In this document: positions 1-13,633 of the stretch, piece after piece
Layout of the letters: each line of letters starts with the position of its first letter
Numbering within the stretch: position 1 is the first letter of the stretch
The notes under the pieces: model-generated
What the model was told of the DNA's origin: nothing
Database searches by the model: none
The model's input: only the letters and a program-made list of their open reading frames with translations
Position numbers and translations under genes: made by a program
Origin: Blasia pusilla
Taxonomy: Eukaryota
Reading direction: 5' to 3'
DNA: 64,000 nucleotides
Assembly (NCBI GenBank): GCA_050084515.1
Contig: CM114271.1
Coordinates: forward strand, 2,976,001 to 3,040,000

Positions 1-770
1 CCATCAACCCACCAATTCAAATTTCTCCCAACCTGCCTTCGTTCTCCGCTATCCCCTATCAATCGAACCCTGTCCTTCCCACTGTGCTTCCACTCCCGTC
101 ACTCTACATCCTCTTCCACACTTCACTCCTCCGCACTTCCGCGACTCCTCCACCCGATCCCCCACAATTACCCCTAATCACACGAACGACTCCCTCAAAT
201 TTCTTCCCCCAACTACTACGAAATCCCTGTGTCTCACCTCAGAGCAAATTCCCCAAAGATTCCTCGCGATCGATTGCCCTCATTCGCCTCACGAAAAGGC
301 TCGTCCGTCGGACAGAGAACCGCACCACCATCACCCCACCCCTTCCGTCCCCACCACCAGCACCTCCACCTCCACCTCCACCTTCGTCAACTCACCCAGC
401 TTCCCTTCATTCCCTCCTTCCCTTTCCCCATTTCCCTTCTCACTTCCTCAAGCTTTTCTCCTCCTCGCCCTCCTCTCCCACTTCACCTCAATCAATCACT
501 CCTCCCTCCCCTACCTTCCTTCCTTCCTCCTCCTCCTCCTCCTCCTCACTCACTGGACGTCTGTCTGTCTGTCTGTCTCCCTCCCTCCGCCTTTGTCGTC
601 GCCCGGTCCTCCCCCCTCGTCGTCGTCGTCGTCGTCGTCGATGTTCCGTGCTCTTCTGCCCTCCTGCTCCTCCTCTTCGTCCTCTCCCTCTCCTTCTCTC
701 TCTCTCTCTCTGTCTGCTCCACCTCCTGCTGTGCTCGTCTGTCTGTGTGTGTCGGGTCGCCCAAACGATG
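1..770. repeat. Pyrimidine-rich low-complexity tract (CCT/CT/CGT/CTGT microsatellites)
   Basis: Runs of (cct)n at ~523-545, (cgt)n at ~617-640 and (ct)n at ~696-710. The long ORFs over it are Pro/Ser/Arg low-complexity products of the repeats. Confidence 0.7.
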
Positions 771-3700
771 GAGGGAGAAGACGACGGGACGGGACGGAGA
801 GTTGGAGGACGGACGGACGGACCGCTAGCTACCGCTGTCGTGGACGCGAGCTGACGGGCTATAACGGGTGGACACCACCGCTTGCTTCCGGTCGGCGTCC
901 CGTCCACCTGCCCTAATCTGTCCTCCTTCGCCGTCTGCGGGAGCTTATCGTTGGGGTTATTGGGGTTAATGGTGGAGCAGCGTGCTGGAGGATGCATCCC
1001 GAATGGACTTACGAAGGCTTTGGAATCTTTGTATCTAAGTCGTCGGATCCCGGACTGGAAGGATGCGATTCAGTCAGAGGGGCTGTTGTTGCGCTACCAC
1101 ATCTAGAGACGCCGTTCGCGTTCCCATTGGGGGTACGCCTACGAAGGTGCTTACATCGTGAGTCTTTTATTAGCATTTCCCCAAGATGATGACGACATAA
1201 GGTGCATTTCGATTCGCATTTATTCCACTTCAAGATTTGATTCAAATTTTGCAAAACCGTCCCTTCATGCACCTTAGGGTATCCCCTAAGATGGATTATG
1301 GATCCCCATTAGTTACTTTAGACGTGAGAGGGTTCCATAGGGAGCCTCCCTATGGGCCTCAAACGCTACAATATTGGGTCTTACAATGGTCCATGTGTAT
1401 GGGTCTAGCCCGGGGATCCACTAGTTTTGTTAGGATTTGACACGAGCATAGAAGTGAAACTCAAGGCCATACCCATTCGTGGAAGAATAAAAGGGGAGAC
1501 ACCCTACAATCTAACTTCATCACCATTAGAAACAAGATCAATTCCAATTAAAGAAATATCATTAGCAAGAGGACCTTTAGTAGTGGTGTCTTCCACAACC
1601 TTAGCCCACCACATCAGCCCATTAGCTTGGGCATACTGCAAAACAATGGAGACGCATTGTCTATAATATAAGAGTGTAGTGGCTTATCAGATGACTATAA
1701 CATTTCCCAACTCCTAGCAAGCTTTCCTTCACTTTTACTAGGGAGCTCTACCAAAAATCTCATATGGGGTAGATTCACCTCGTGAGGGCGGAAATTTTTT
1801 TAAATCATAGTTCTATTCACTACTTACTTTGGTAAGGCATTGCACCATCCCAAGAAAATTTTGAGTGGTACAATAGTAGTAGGATGTGCAACAAGTTGTA
1901 GCCCGATGATGATAGAACAAAAGGTGCTATATTCATAGAACCATTCTCTTATGCCAAAATTTGTATTGAGTTTTACCTCTAATAGTTTGCATTGTATTCT
2001 TGCAAGTGTTGTAACAAGCTATATATTAGTTAGAAGATCCAACAATATGTCAAAGTAGACATGATTGCATACGGAAACATCAATTGACACAACATTGATT
2101 TCACCAAAAAAATCCCTTGACCTCACTTACTTCCCAGGGGCACATACAGAGTTGCTACAAAAATACAAATGCTCAACATTAGGGACTACACATATAAGTT
2201 GAGCTATTACACATGAAAATAAACATTTCGCACTTAAAAAATGAAGATTTTGAGGAAAGAAAATATTTTGGGCTCATTCCTTCAAGTTTGTAATATTCAC
2301 CACTAGAGAGTAGCTAGAACATGTAGAGCCCATGCTCATTCTTTTACCCATGAACATTTTAGAAAAATATTTGGATCTTATTCACACAAAGTGGACACAA
2401 GAATCCGACCCCGATTGCACATCCATACACATTAAAGTTATGGAGATCCCCTTCTCAAATGGATCTCCCATGATATGCAACAAAAACATGAAGATCAATT
2501 TAAGGTCTAAAACATATAATGTGATCTCAACTTCCTGCATTCAAGGGGTGATTAAGAGATACCTTTTGTTGAACTAAAGGTATGTATGTATCCTCTTATG
2601 ACTATCAATTAAACAATAGAAGTATACAATGATTCTAATTAACAATAATAATCAAAAGTCATGATCCGTGTGACCTCAACTTGCAAATGTGTTATGTTTG
2701 ATTTTTTTCAATTCATTTACATTTGAATGTCGCATTTAACTATTTTTTCACCTTCCTTTTTCACCCATATTTTCCTGATGTACACATATGTTTGTCCAAT
2801 AACTGCACCAGACTGGGTCCTACATATCTTCATTTCCATCGGATCCAATGTCCCTATAAAATAAGTACATCTTATAGTTCTTTGGATAAGATCCCTCTAG
2901 ATCCTTCTTAGTCATTAGTTTTGGTATCTCTTCAACACAAGATACATCCAAAAATTTGTACATGTAAAAATCCCGTTTGATTCCTCTTATCCACCAAATT
3001 AATTCGCTATCTCTTCCAAACAACACCCACCCAATGGCCTTCACTACTCAACCCTCCCAATCTTTCTTTTTCACCATTGTCAATATTTCCTTTACAAGTA
3101 GCACACCCTCAAGTTCTTTATGCAAGATCCCTCCATATCTAACATGTCCATTGGTTCCAATGTATTCTCCACAAATGATACCTTTGGTACAAAACCTTTC
3201 AAATCCTTCATTGGATCTTATGTCCTTTCCACACAAGTATTTCTAGTTCCGAACCTTTTTCATATTACTTTTCAATACGAATTTCTTGCACACCTTGTAT
3301 ACCTTGGTGTTAAGGAACTCCCTCCCCCCCAAATGCCTTTGTAGCCCTCTAAAACCTTTTTGGGTCATTTTTGGACCTAGGTTATTGCAAAGTCCTTTCA
3401 ATTTTTGTTCTCTTTGAGTGATTGTTGTCTTCTTTCATTTTCTACCGATGGAGGGTAGGAGAAAAGAAGGGGACCAATCAAGATGGAGGGAGGAATCCAA
3501 GAGAGAGTGGGGAGTTGATATATGCCCAAACTCAAGATAATTAACGTAGTATGAGGACATCAAGAGTGATATATCAAAAAAGGGAATAGTGTAGGTGCAT
3601 GTGATATGTGTACCCATCTAACCACCTAATTTTGTGTAAATTCAAAGGCAAGGATTCCTTGTCCCTACCTTTGTATATAGAAAGATTAATGAGGCTCATT

Positions 3701-5980
3701 TGTTCTCTTTGTGCACATTCTCATTCTTCTTGTTATGCAAGCTACTTCTTGGACTAGAAGTCCTAGAAAAGGAATGCTCTTTGAATGAAGTTGTATATTG
3801 ACTATATGTCATAAAGTTTTAAGGAGGAGGACATTAAGACTAATGTGGACCTCAAGATTGATAGAGAGATGTATGTGGAGCATGCATGATAAGAGATCTT
3901 GGATCATGTTCAAGGGAACTCTAAATAAGAAGGGTGGACCAATCTGAATCAGATGGCAACAATTTGATGGTCGATCGGGTGGTGCAAATACTTATTGGGT
4001 CACAACATACGCTATGTCTACTTGGCCATGAGAAATTTGTATCTACTACATATGAAGGCCCATCTAGAAAATCGTGTGGCACACTAGGTGCGTGCAAAAC
4101 CCATAAGATGAGTTGTCAGCTCCAAGAACTACAAAATTTGTATGCAATCATTTTGGATATGTATGATTCCATGTGATTTTAACCTCATTTGTTGTGATGG
4201 ATTGTTATTAATTGTCTTGTGGAATCATTTGTATTTGGAAACTTTTCTTAATGCCAATTAATTGGAATTTTGAGATTGTGTTTCAAGTAATTTGCGAGTA
4301 CGTTGTAGATCTCAAGACTCACAAACTTGGTCCATTTCTAGTAGTGAAAATTTGCAATGGTTTGGTTGTAAATTTGTACACCAATTCATTAAGAAAAAAA
4401 GGTCTTATTGGGAATTTGATATTTTATTAAAATATAGAATTATGAAATCATTTGAAAAAAATTTCTTATTTATATATTAATTTTTTTTTATAAATAGTGT
4501 ATTAAAAATATTATCTAAGTAAATTGATGTTATGTAAATATATATTTAAAATAATTATTTAATGTAAAAAATCACTATATATTTCATATTTATTAGAAAA
4601 ATATTATGAACCAAAAATTACTTTTTTTCATTGACTATTAAAAATTAATATTATAAAATATCATAGTAAAATAATTTTGTTAATAAAATGGCAGAAATTA
4701 ATATCTTGCTCTTGAGTATTTTTTGAAAATAATTAATAATTATAGAATATAAAAATTTAAAAAGCATAGTATGTACAAAAGAGGATGGGAAAACTCATCA
4801 AGAGCGCAAATTGGATGGGTGGACAACTCAAAAAGTCATAAACTCCAAGGCCATAACTAGCTAGATGGAGTATAAAAGGGGGAACCCTTTAAAAGGGAAA
4901 GAAAGATGGCTTTATAACATTACAAATAATGATGTGACTTCATATTGTAACTAGTTTGGTATGAGTTGAGGAACATGGAGGTAAGCTTCTCGAAACCAGA
5001 AATCTATATGCACTCCAAAGGGGAAAAAAAATGGGGTTCAAAGGAAAAGATGGATTAATTTATGAAAGAATCCATTCATATATCTCTAAAGTAAATTTTA
5101 TTTTGTGAAGTTATTGGAAAGTGTCCCCCAAGAGATTCTTGGTGCTTATGCTAATTTTTGGTACTTAAAATATTTTTCCAACTTCAGATTCAAACCAACC
5201 CCAAGGATATGTGTGATATTCATCATGTTATAAGTTTTGAAACACAAAGATATAAAATCATTTAACTTTTTGAGAAACATGATCTTCAAAAAGAGAAAAA
5301 GGCAAGAACACAAAGAACAATAGAAAAGATAGAAGAGAATATTTCAAATCAGCGTTAAATCTTCTTAGGCCATTCGATTATGTCTATTAAGGTAAATTTT
5401 CATTTTTCGAATTGAGTTCAAGATGTTATGGCATACTTTATCCTCAAATATTCAAAATCAATTCTCTTCAAGTTCCAATGACTCCAAATCAAAAAGAGAT
5501 AAGAAAGCTACATATAGTCCTCATTTTCTAAGCAAGCCTTGGAGGAGGGTTGTATACCAAATCTTCCAAAGGATTTGTATATCCTTATCTCAAATATATC
5601 ATGTAGTTCTATATAGAATATGGATATAATAAGCTCATCTATATATTGTTGAGTTAGGGGTTAAGGAATGTAAAACGACAAAGGAACATTTTTTTTTTTA
5701 GGAAAGAACAAGTGAACTAATCACTTTTTATATAGCAAAACCTAAAGAGGAATGCAAAGTATACACACGATGTCGTTAAGGAGTTTAAAGATGATATGTT
5801 AAGAAATAGGGTAACATGAATGTGCAGGTTATACATTATTTTGAGAAACTTACCGTTTTAGGTAAGTAACACTACTTGTAATACGGTTCACTTTCCATTT
5901 GAAATAATGATTTTTGACCCACTTTTTAGGTTTAGGTTGAAGAGGTGACATGTGTGTATTGGTCTCCGGGGAGAGGGTTT

Positions 5981-5981
<1 letters not shown>

Positions 5982-6021
<40 letters not shown>
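5982..6021. repeat. (GA)n microsatellite
   Basis: About 20 perfect GA units. Confidence 0.95.
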
Positions 6022-6027
<6 letters not shown>

Positions 6028-7329
6028 TTTGACATAGAGAGTTATGGAGAATTTTTTATAAAAGCATGCTTGTTGAAATATGAGTTTTTACAAATAGAGA
6101 ATATGAGTTGTATGAGAGATCTACAATACAAGAGCTTTGGAGCCAGAGGTTTGTCTCTTATTCCAAGAAATAAAAGACAAACCTCTGACTCTTATTCCAA
6201 CAAATAAGAGATTTAGTGGAGGACAACCTCAAGAGATCAAGGATGACGTGTTGAGGCCACAAGTAATCCGAGAGAGCAAGTTTCCCCTTCATTTAGGCTT
6301 ATTTAAAGCCAAATAGAGAAATTTACTATTTCAGTTAAGTTTCCAGATTGAGTATATATGACTTTTAACTTTAGGAAGTGGCCCTTGATCCACTACAACA
6401 GGTCAAGAGCCAAGGAGACGACATGCAAGCATAAGTTATCGTAGATAGAGCTTGGGAGAGGGAAGGAGATATACCTCCAAGAAAGAGAGCTTGAGTTCTC
6501 ATTCTCTCTTTGTTGAACCTCTTGGCATGAGGCGGCAGAGGTATGGTCCTCATTTCCTTGTGTGTGTAACCCAAACCTCCCATTAGGAGAGTGGGTTTGG
6601 TCTGACAGGAGAGAGAGAGTGTGAGTGTGCATATTTATGAGACCTTTTGATGGAGAATTCCACTTGATTTACAAAGAGATAATTGGGGATATTTTGGTTC
6701 TTCTCGTCTTGTTGTGTGGATTCCATAAGTCAGCATGGGATTGTGTGTGTTAATATGTGCATTCGGTGACAACGATGTATGTTGTGTAGCGACGTGTATA
6801 TGCACAATATCCACCTTCAAAATTAGTAGGTCTCAAAGTTTGGATATTTGTATATATTTAACTCAACTCAAGTGATTGTTGTTATGCATCTACTTTGATT
6901 GCTTCAATCTCCAACTTCGTCTTTAAATCCACAATTGGGATTGCATAAGCAAGCTTATTCTATGTTGTTGGTGCGATTGATCGACTTATTTTCTCTTTGA
7001 TGAGTACAACTAGTTGACTTTAAATGAATTTTTCTCAAGAACTATGCATAGGCTGGGTAGTTTCAAGCCATGCCAATAAAGCATACTTCAATATCTCTAT
7101 TCTAGCTATACTATTTGTTAACTCTTCCTTAAAAACTTCAAAGTTCTTGATTAGACATATTCGCTCTTCATATACACATTGAGCAATATCGATGATTTAC
7201 ACATAAATTATAATGGCTTTGGCTAAAGTTTGAAGACCTTGAGTGGCCAAATTGTAGGTGAGGAAAATGGTAAGATAGAAGGTAGGAGATACGAAGATAC
7301 AAAGTGAGATCTAGTCCAACGCATTAGGA

Positions 7330-8160
7330 TGCAATATAGGGTTAGATAAATGAACCCGCACCCTAATGAAATATAAGGTTAGATAATCTTAGAAACACTA
7401 CTCCATAAACCACATGAGTCATATTACTATAACTCCTCGACGTCTAAATCGGAACCATCAATCTAGGCTTCTACTCAAATAAGGAAGCCGATTAGATTAA
7501 TGATGATGAGAGAAGTGGATGTTGAGAATCCAAAACCCCCTCTCAATATCCACTCTCATGTGGACTAATGTCTTGGACCAATCTCAAGACCCTTCATATG
7601 TCGTTGAAGTTGATCTCAAGGCTTTGGTGAAGATGTTCGCACATTTCTCCTCTATTGGACAATAGACTAACTTCAAAACCTCTCTCTCGATCAACTCACG
7701 AATAAAATGATATTCAATCTCTATGTGCTTTGTACAAGTATGAAATACAGGATTATGTGATATGGCAATGCAACTTTGATTATCACACGACATTATAGTA
7801 GCATTCTGGTGCTTCTCCTATGTCCTCCAATATCCATCTCAACCATACGGCTTCACAAGAAGCATAATAAGCCGCCTCACACTCAACCTCTGTAGAAGAA
7901 AGAGCCTATGTAGGTTGGTTCTTGCTGATCCATGATACCACACCTGATCCTACCAAGAAAGAATAACCCAAAATAGATCTTCAAGAATGTGAGTCTCCTG
8001 CCCAATCCGAGTCACAAAAGGCTGTCATTTTTGTCCTTGCTCCGTAGGTGATGCCGTACTTGATAGTGCCTTTGATGTACTTCAACACACACATCCCTGT
8101 CTTCCAATGATTCTCACGAGGCTTAGTTGAGAGCCTACTCAACACTCCTATAGAAACCAA
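7330..8160 (-). mobile_element. Ty1/Copia 3' fragment: RT C-terminus, RNase H, polypurine tract and partial 3' LTR
   Basis: Minus-strand translation gives 'FCDSDWAGD', 'CDNQSCIAISHNPVFHTCTKHIEIEYHFIRE' and 'ANIFTKAL', typical Copia RNase H motifs. A polypurine tract (TTGAGAGGGGG, ~7536-7546) precedes sequence matching the LTR start at 62126. Confidence 0.9.
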
Positions 8161-9593
8161 CTATTGCTTGAGTCAAGCCAAGGAATATACTTGAGGAAAG
8201 ATCAAATAACAAGTGAGTTAGATGATCTTGCATCACCTTATCTTTGACCCAAATGATTATGTTGCTTAACATTCACAAAGGAAATTTGGTGCCTCTTCTA
8301 GAAACTTCAATATTACTTGTATAGGAAGGCATTAGGACAATAACATAATTATATTGAATAGGTTATATAGGGCTAATTGCTCGGACAACTTCACTATCCT
8401 TTGCTACAATTGGGAGCCTAAACCCTAATTAAGCCTACCTATCTATAATTGAGTTTAGGATATGTTAAGATACTTGTGAAGCAATTGGCATGGAGCATTA
8501 AACTATAGTCAAGTCTCCATTATGTGAGAACCTTATAGAAATTAAAAAAGAAATCTATATTGGAATAGTTAAATTCGAATGGGATTTGAATTTGGTGTAC
8601 TTTTGGATTCAATTTTCCATCTTTCAAATAGTGACATAGTTGAACGTTAGATCTTCGATGGTTGTGTTTTCTTTCACATTGTTGATCTCTTGTTGCTAGG
8701 GTTTAGTTCACTTACATAGCTGAATTTCTTACCCTCCTAAACCCTACTCTATCTTCAAGTCTCAGAAATCCTGGAAGTTATTTATCTAAAATGGTTGACC
8801 AAAGCCACTTCAAGTCACATGTGAATTTTCCCAAGATAGATAACTTTATGCTTTTTTCTTATCCTATCTTCATAACAAATTACCAACTCTCTCGGATCTT
8901 AATTGTGTCATAGAATACTGTCACATCTTAGGAGCCGATAGGTAGAGATCTATCGTGGCGACTACACACAGAGCCAACGGACTGTCTCAATTGTAACTTC
9001 ATTCGAAGGTGTCGGATGAGGTTGGGTATATGTTTGTTGTGTCACTAACGTCGTTTTTGGCGACTTTCATGTTAGGGTCTTTCACAATCGGGTGACTTGT
9101 TGAGCAGGTCATACGCCCTTGGTAACCTGTGCGTGCACGTTACCAGGAGGATTGCTATTTTTAGAGAAAAAGCCTTTTCGCTCTTCCCACACCTATATAA
9201 GGGAGAGAGATGGCTTTCCCAAGCCATCTTTCTCATGTTGGGCTCTGAAGCACCATTCTTGCTCGTGTGTGTGAGTTAGGACTAGGGTCTTAGCGTCCGG
9301 ATTCCCTGACAGCACAAGGTGGACATGCTCGATATGCCGATGTAGATTGAGGAGTGGAGTTTTAGGCCGGGTGTGCCATTTTTATTCTTACATGTAAATG
9401 CCTTTTTTCCTAGCCTTCCACTAAACTTGAGTGTATCATCTCTCATATGTAAATGTTTTTTTCAACTTGCTCTAGAGTCTAGAGGTTCTAGTCCCTCTAT
9501 GATGCATGGAGCATATGGTCTCTTTCAAAGATCTTCTCTATCTTTGGTTTCGATGATCCACTCACGCAAAGATTTCTCTTGATGGCTAGGACA

Positions 9594-9970
9594 TGTGAGA
9601 AGACAAAATGGGACTAAGTCACTAAAATATATTCCAAACCTTGAAGATACAAAGTGGCCTAGTCCATCCATGTACTCACAATAGAGCTTTGATGGAAACT
9701 CTATATAAAGATAACTTGACATATGAGAATGCGGGATCATTATGACTCCTTGATTATTTGACTACTTGGAAAACTAGGTTTTTGACCAATTTACTTGATT
9801 TCCATTAATAAATATTTTTTCTGATTCTTATGTAAGGACTCATGAGAAACCTAGATTAATGGTTTTGACTTAGAAGTCGAAGGAGTATGTGGTTTATATT
9901 GTAGGTAGGTGGTTTATGAAGTGGCATTGTTAGGATGATCTAAGCCTTTATTGCATTAGGGTGCAAGGAT
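9594..9970. mobile_element. Rearranged solo LTR of the same Copia family as 62126-62554
   Basis: 9594-~9820 is the reverse complement of the LTR 3' half (shared pseudo-translation 'PSKL..E..DGLGHFVS', ends TTCTCACA). ~9840-9970 matches the LTR 5' half in + orientation (cctagatt.atggtt..gacttaga). Confidence 0.7.
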
Positions 9971-12007
9971 TATTAGGGATTACCCTAATAATAGATGTTT
10001 TGACCTCATATTGACCTACACCGATATATGTACCAGAATAAAATCGCGGTTGGGACACAAAGTCATTGTCAAACATCCATATAACTCTTGCACAATATAA
10101 ATTCGAAATCCTTCGTCTATCACTCATACAACATGTGTGTTTGCCAATCTATAATTATCATCTTTAGTTGAATACATTGAATTCTTAAAAGTATTGATGT
10201 AATCTCATCCTTTGGGATGTTGAGCTTTGATACCATAAATCAAGGCTAGTATTTGTAATTGATACAATTTGAATTGGTTTGTAAAGTATGCAGATCGGTT
10301 TATCCAAAATCATTGTCATTGATAATAAAATTGATGCAAAGATGATTATTTTGAAAACATGATTCAAATAATATGGCGCTGATGGAACGTGTCCTCATAC
10401 GACATTTGTTGAACACATATCATGTGTATGTTATGTTGAGGCTACTATTGTATTAGCGTGCGCTAACATGCTATATCCAAAAGCTTAATTGAAGGAAAAT
10501 AAATCACATGGTCCGAAATCAATAGATTGGATTTGTGATTCTCATACTTTGCATATTATCAAAGCCAACATGACATGCGTCCTAGAATTCATTTATTGCA
10601 ACTCAACATCGTAAGTAAGTGCTAGCAATTTGGAGACAACTTGTGCCACAATCGTTGACTAGGTTAGTGTTGAGATCTTGGAAGAATTGAAGGAATCTTC
10701 CAAGCTGCCCTACCCACCATCAATCAACTTGAGACCAGATCCAAAAATATGATACTTGAAAGATGGGTGAAACTTGAGAAACCACAAATTTCTTCCGTTC
10801 CCGTTCTCTTATAACGTTCTTTATTGTATTTCCATTCAAATTGAATATATCAATTATTCAGATGCAAGTTGCACCAACTTTTGGTTGCGGCTATCATCAT
10901 GATAGTAGTTGAGGAACGTCCATTTGTAGCGGTGGACTAATTGGTGCTCATGATAGGAATGAATGAGCCTATTTTGGTTGTGGAGACATGATTTTTCCTT
11001 CGTCTATGATATTCTCTCTCAGTCCCATATTTCAATAATACTTTTCTAACTTCTTGATTCAAATGCATTTCTTGGAAGAAAGAGTCAATCTTCATACAAT
11101 CTTCATTCTCTTATGTGTGGTTGTAATTGTTGCATGTCATTTCCATTTAATCTCTTTTCTTTTTTTTTCAAAACTTCAACACAATCAGATGACTTTTTGC
11201 CACTTGACATAAGTATGTGTACACAATCAGAAATGATGAAATCTCTTCACATACTCTCTTCAACTTCGAAAAGCTTCATGGAACTTGGTCACCAAAATTA
11301 ACCCATTCTCCTATCAGCTAAAATAGTTGGAAGAATTGCAAATTGTAACTTCGTGAGATAGTGGATACTGAACATGCTACAAACATGCACAATGTAGTTG
11401 TATCACACTGCAACCCATAAGAAGAAATCAATCAATGGAATGGATCAATTGGCCGACTATAATGTTTCTGTACAACCTAGAGGTGAATCGTATTCCATGA
11501 TGTCATAATAAGACCCGATGCTAACCCCACTCATTCCTCACTTCCATAAAATACCTAAGTACTTTATGATAATGGTAATGAGTAAACTACATCCACCAAC
11601 AATGGTATCCAACTTCTATGGTGTTCCAATCTCCATCCTCTACTTGAGGACTTCCTAACACCAACTAATCTCATCTTTCCTTCTCTTCCAGGTTTTAGAA
11701 GAGACCCTCCTCCTTACTTATTCTCTAACTGATTGTCAGATTCTTTCTAAAACACAAGACCACAATCATCGTGGCATTTTAACTTCAGTGTTTTTAATTC
11801 ATTACACTTAACATTATGATTCTTTGTGTCATAAACGGTAGTCTTATATCACATAGTAACCACTACCTAAATTAATACTTCCACTCTTTTTGAAAAATGT
11901 GGTGGGATGTAGTTTTCAGATTTCAGTAAAAAGACCAAATTCCCATCGAGATTGAAAACTATTTCCAAACCTATTGCAATGATTCTTCTGCCCTTGGTTA
12001 TTTATAG

Positions 12008-12202
12008 GATCATCAAGAATTATCACTATGAACGACATGACTAGATGTATAATAGAGCAGCATACTGGATGATCTGCTAATAAGACCCTACAAAGAGTGC
12101 CATAGGATCATTGAGAACTATTACTATTAACGACATAACTATGGATATATAATAGGGCGGCATAGTGGAATGATCTGCTAATAAGACCCTACAAAGAGTG
12201 CC
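12008..12202. repeat. Tandem duplication, ~97-bp unit x2
   Basis: 'ggatcat...gatctgctaataagaccctacaaagagtgcc' occurs twice in tandem. Confidence 0.8.
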
Positions 12203-13633
12203 TTCTTGGGGCTTTTGCAACATTATGCATTAGGGAGATTCCTTCTTTGAAACAACTGCTGATAATAGCAGCTGAATTTGAAAAGCTATGGGCCACATCG
12301 GACATTTTTCACATCTCTTGGGATGTTACAATGAATCAAGACGTAAACATTAAGTTGCCGTGGGGAAGATTCTTAAGTGAAACTTTGGGCTACTCAAATT
12401 TATGGTCATTTTCATAAGCATTTTGTAATAATTGTCTCTGGCACAATGACATTTGCTTAACCTTTCAGAAGAAAGAAAATCCACTACCACATCAGAACTT
12501 AAAACCTGTTGCGAAATTGAATTGAAGAGATCTTTGCTCAGTTGTGAGATTAGTAGTTGTGAGATTAGTGAAGTGGATACTGTACAGATTATTTGTTGCA
12601 GTATTTAATAGCTTCATTCTATACTGTCTGACTCTAATGTTAGATGAGATGGAAGGTATCCCAAGTAGTCTGAAATAAAACATTCCAAAATAGGAGCTTG
12701 AAGAAGAGCTGCAAGACATCATCTCATGGGGGAACAGTGTTTCCGTAAGCTTTTAACATCATGCCCCCCTCCACAGTCTCACTCCAGCACTAAGAGACAC
12801 TCCGGCCAAGAAGATAATAAGACAACTATCAGTATCTCACCTCCAATACGGTATCTGTATTATGAGATAAAACATGTCCTTTTTCCTATTTTCAGAATCA
12901 ACGGTGATTCTAAATAGCAGAAACAATGGAAGACAGTCTGAAAACAGAAGCATACTCTAGATAAAAGAAAAAAAATAAAGGAAATTCTACATACAAAGCC
13001 TCACATCCAGTAATACAAAGATTTTGGAGACTTGTTCTGTACCCGAAGTGGACATGCTAAACTTGTCATCATCGTCTTGTCATCTGCTCTTCTGAATCTG
13101 TCATATTCCGCGCATGATCTGCCTTTGAAGTGATAAAACTGTTATCTTGAATAAAGCACCAGAAATCCCATTTCTCTAATCCAACAACCTTCCAGCAGGA
13201 GATTAATCACAAAACCAGTAGAACTTGCAGTATTTTCACAGCCCATCTCCGTGACATTCAGAGTTCATACAAACCATTTCAGTTCATGCTGGTAGTAATT
13301 AGTAGGAACATCAAAAGGTCCAACTGTTCATCCCTTCCGTTGATTCCAAATGTTCATGATGGAGATAAAGAATTGTAAAATGTGGCCTGGATGAGACACT
13401 ACGATTCCAGAATGGGGGGTTATTTACTGGACGCACCGAACACTGTTTCTTCATAAACCTTTACAGACAAGGACGAGTCTATGATACAGCTGGAGTGTGG
13501 ACTATGCTATGGTTACCATAATCAATTGGAGCACGAGCTTATGAAGGTGATGTGAAGTAGATTTGACATTACTTGCAAACCAAAATTCTTCTGTACCTCC
13601 AGTGTTGCACTTGCAAGGAACTCCTTCAGATCT

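Noticed and set aside
84-997. Long overlapping ORFs (256, 199 and 169 aa)
   Set aside because: They are low-complexity translations of microsatellites with no domain motifs.
1900-4200. Decayed coding-like sequence (also seen at 10050-11400 and 56300-56950)
   Set aside because: Probably TE relics, but I could not recognise any diagnostic motif.
8919-9440. Possible additional solo LTR (TGTCAC start, TATA-like cctatataag)
   Set aside because: No second copy, primer-binding site, polypurine tract or target-site duplication supports the boundaries.
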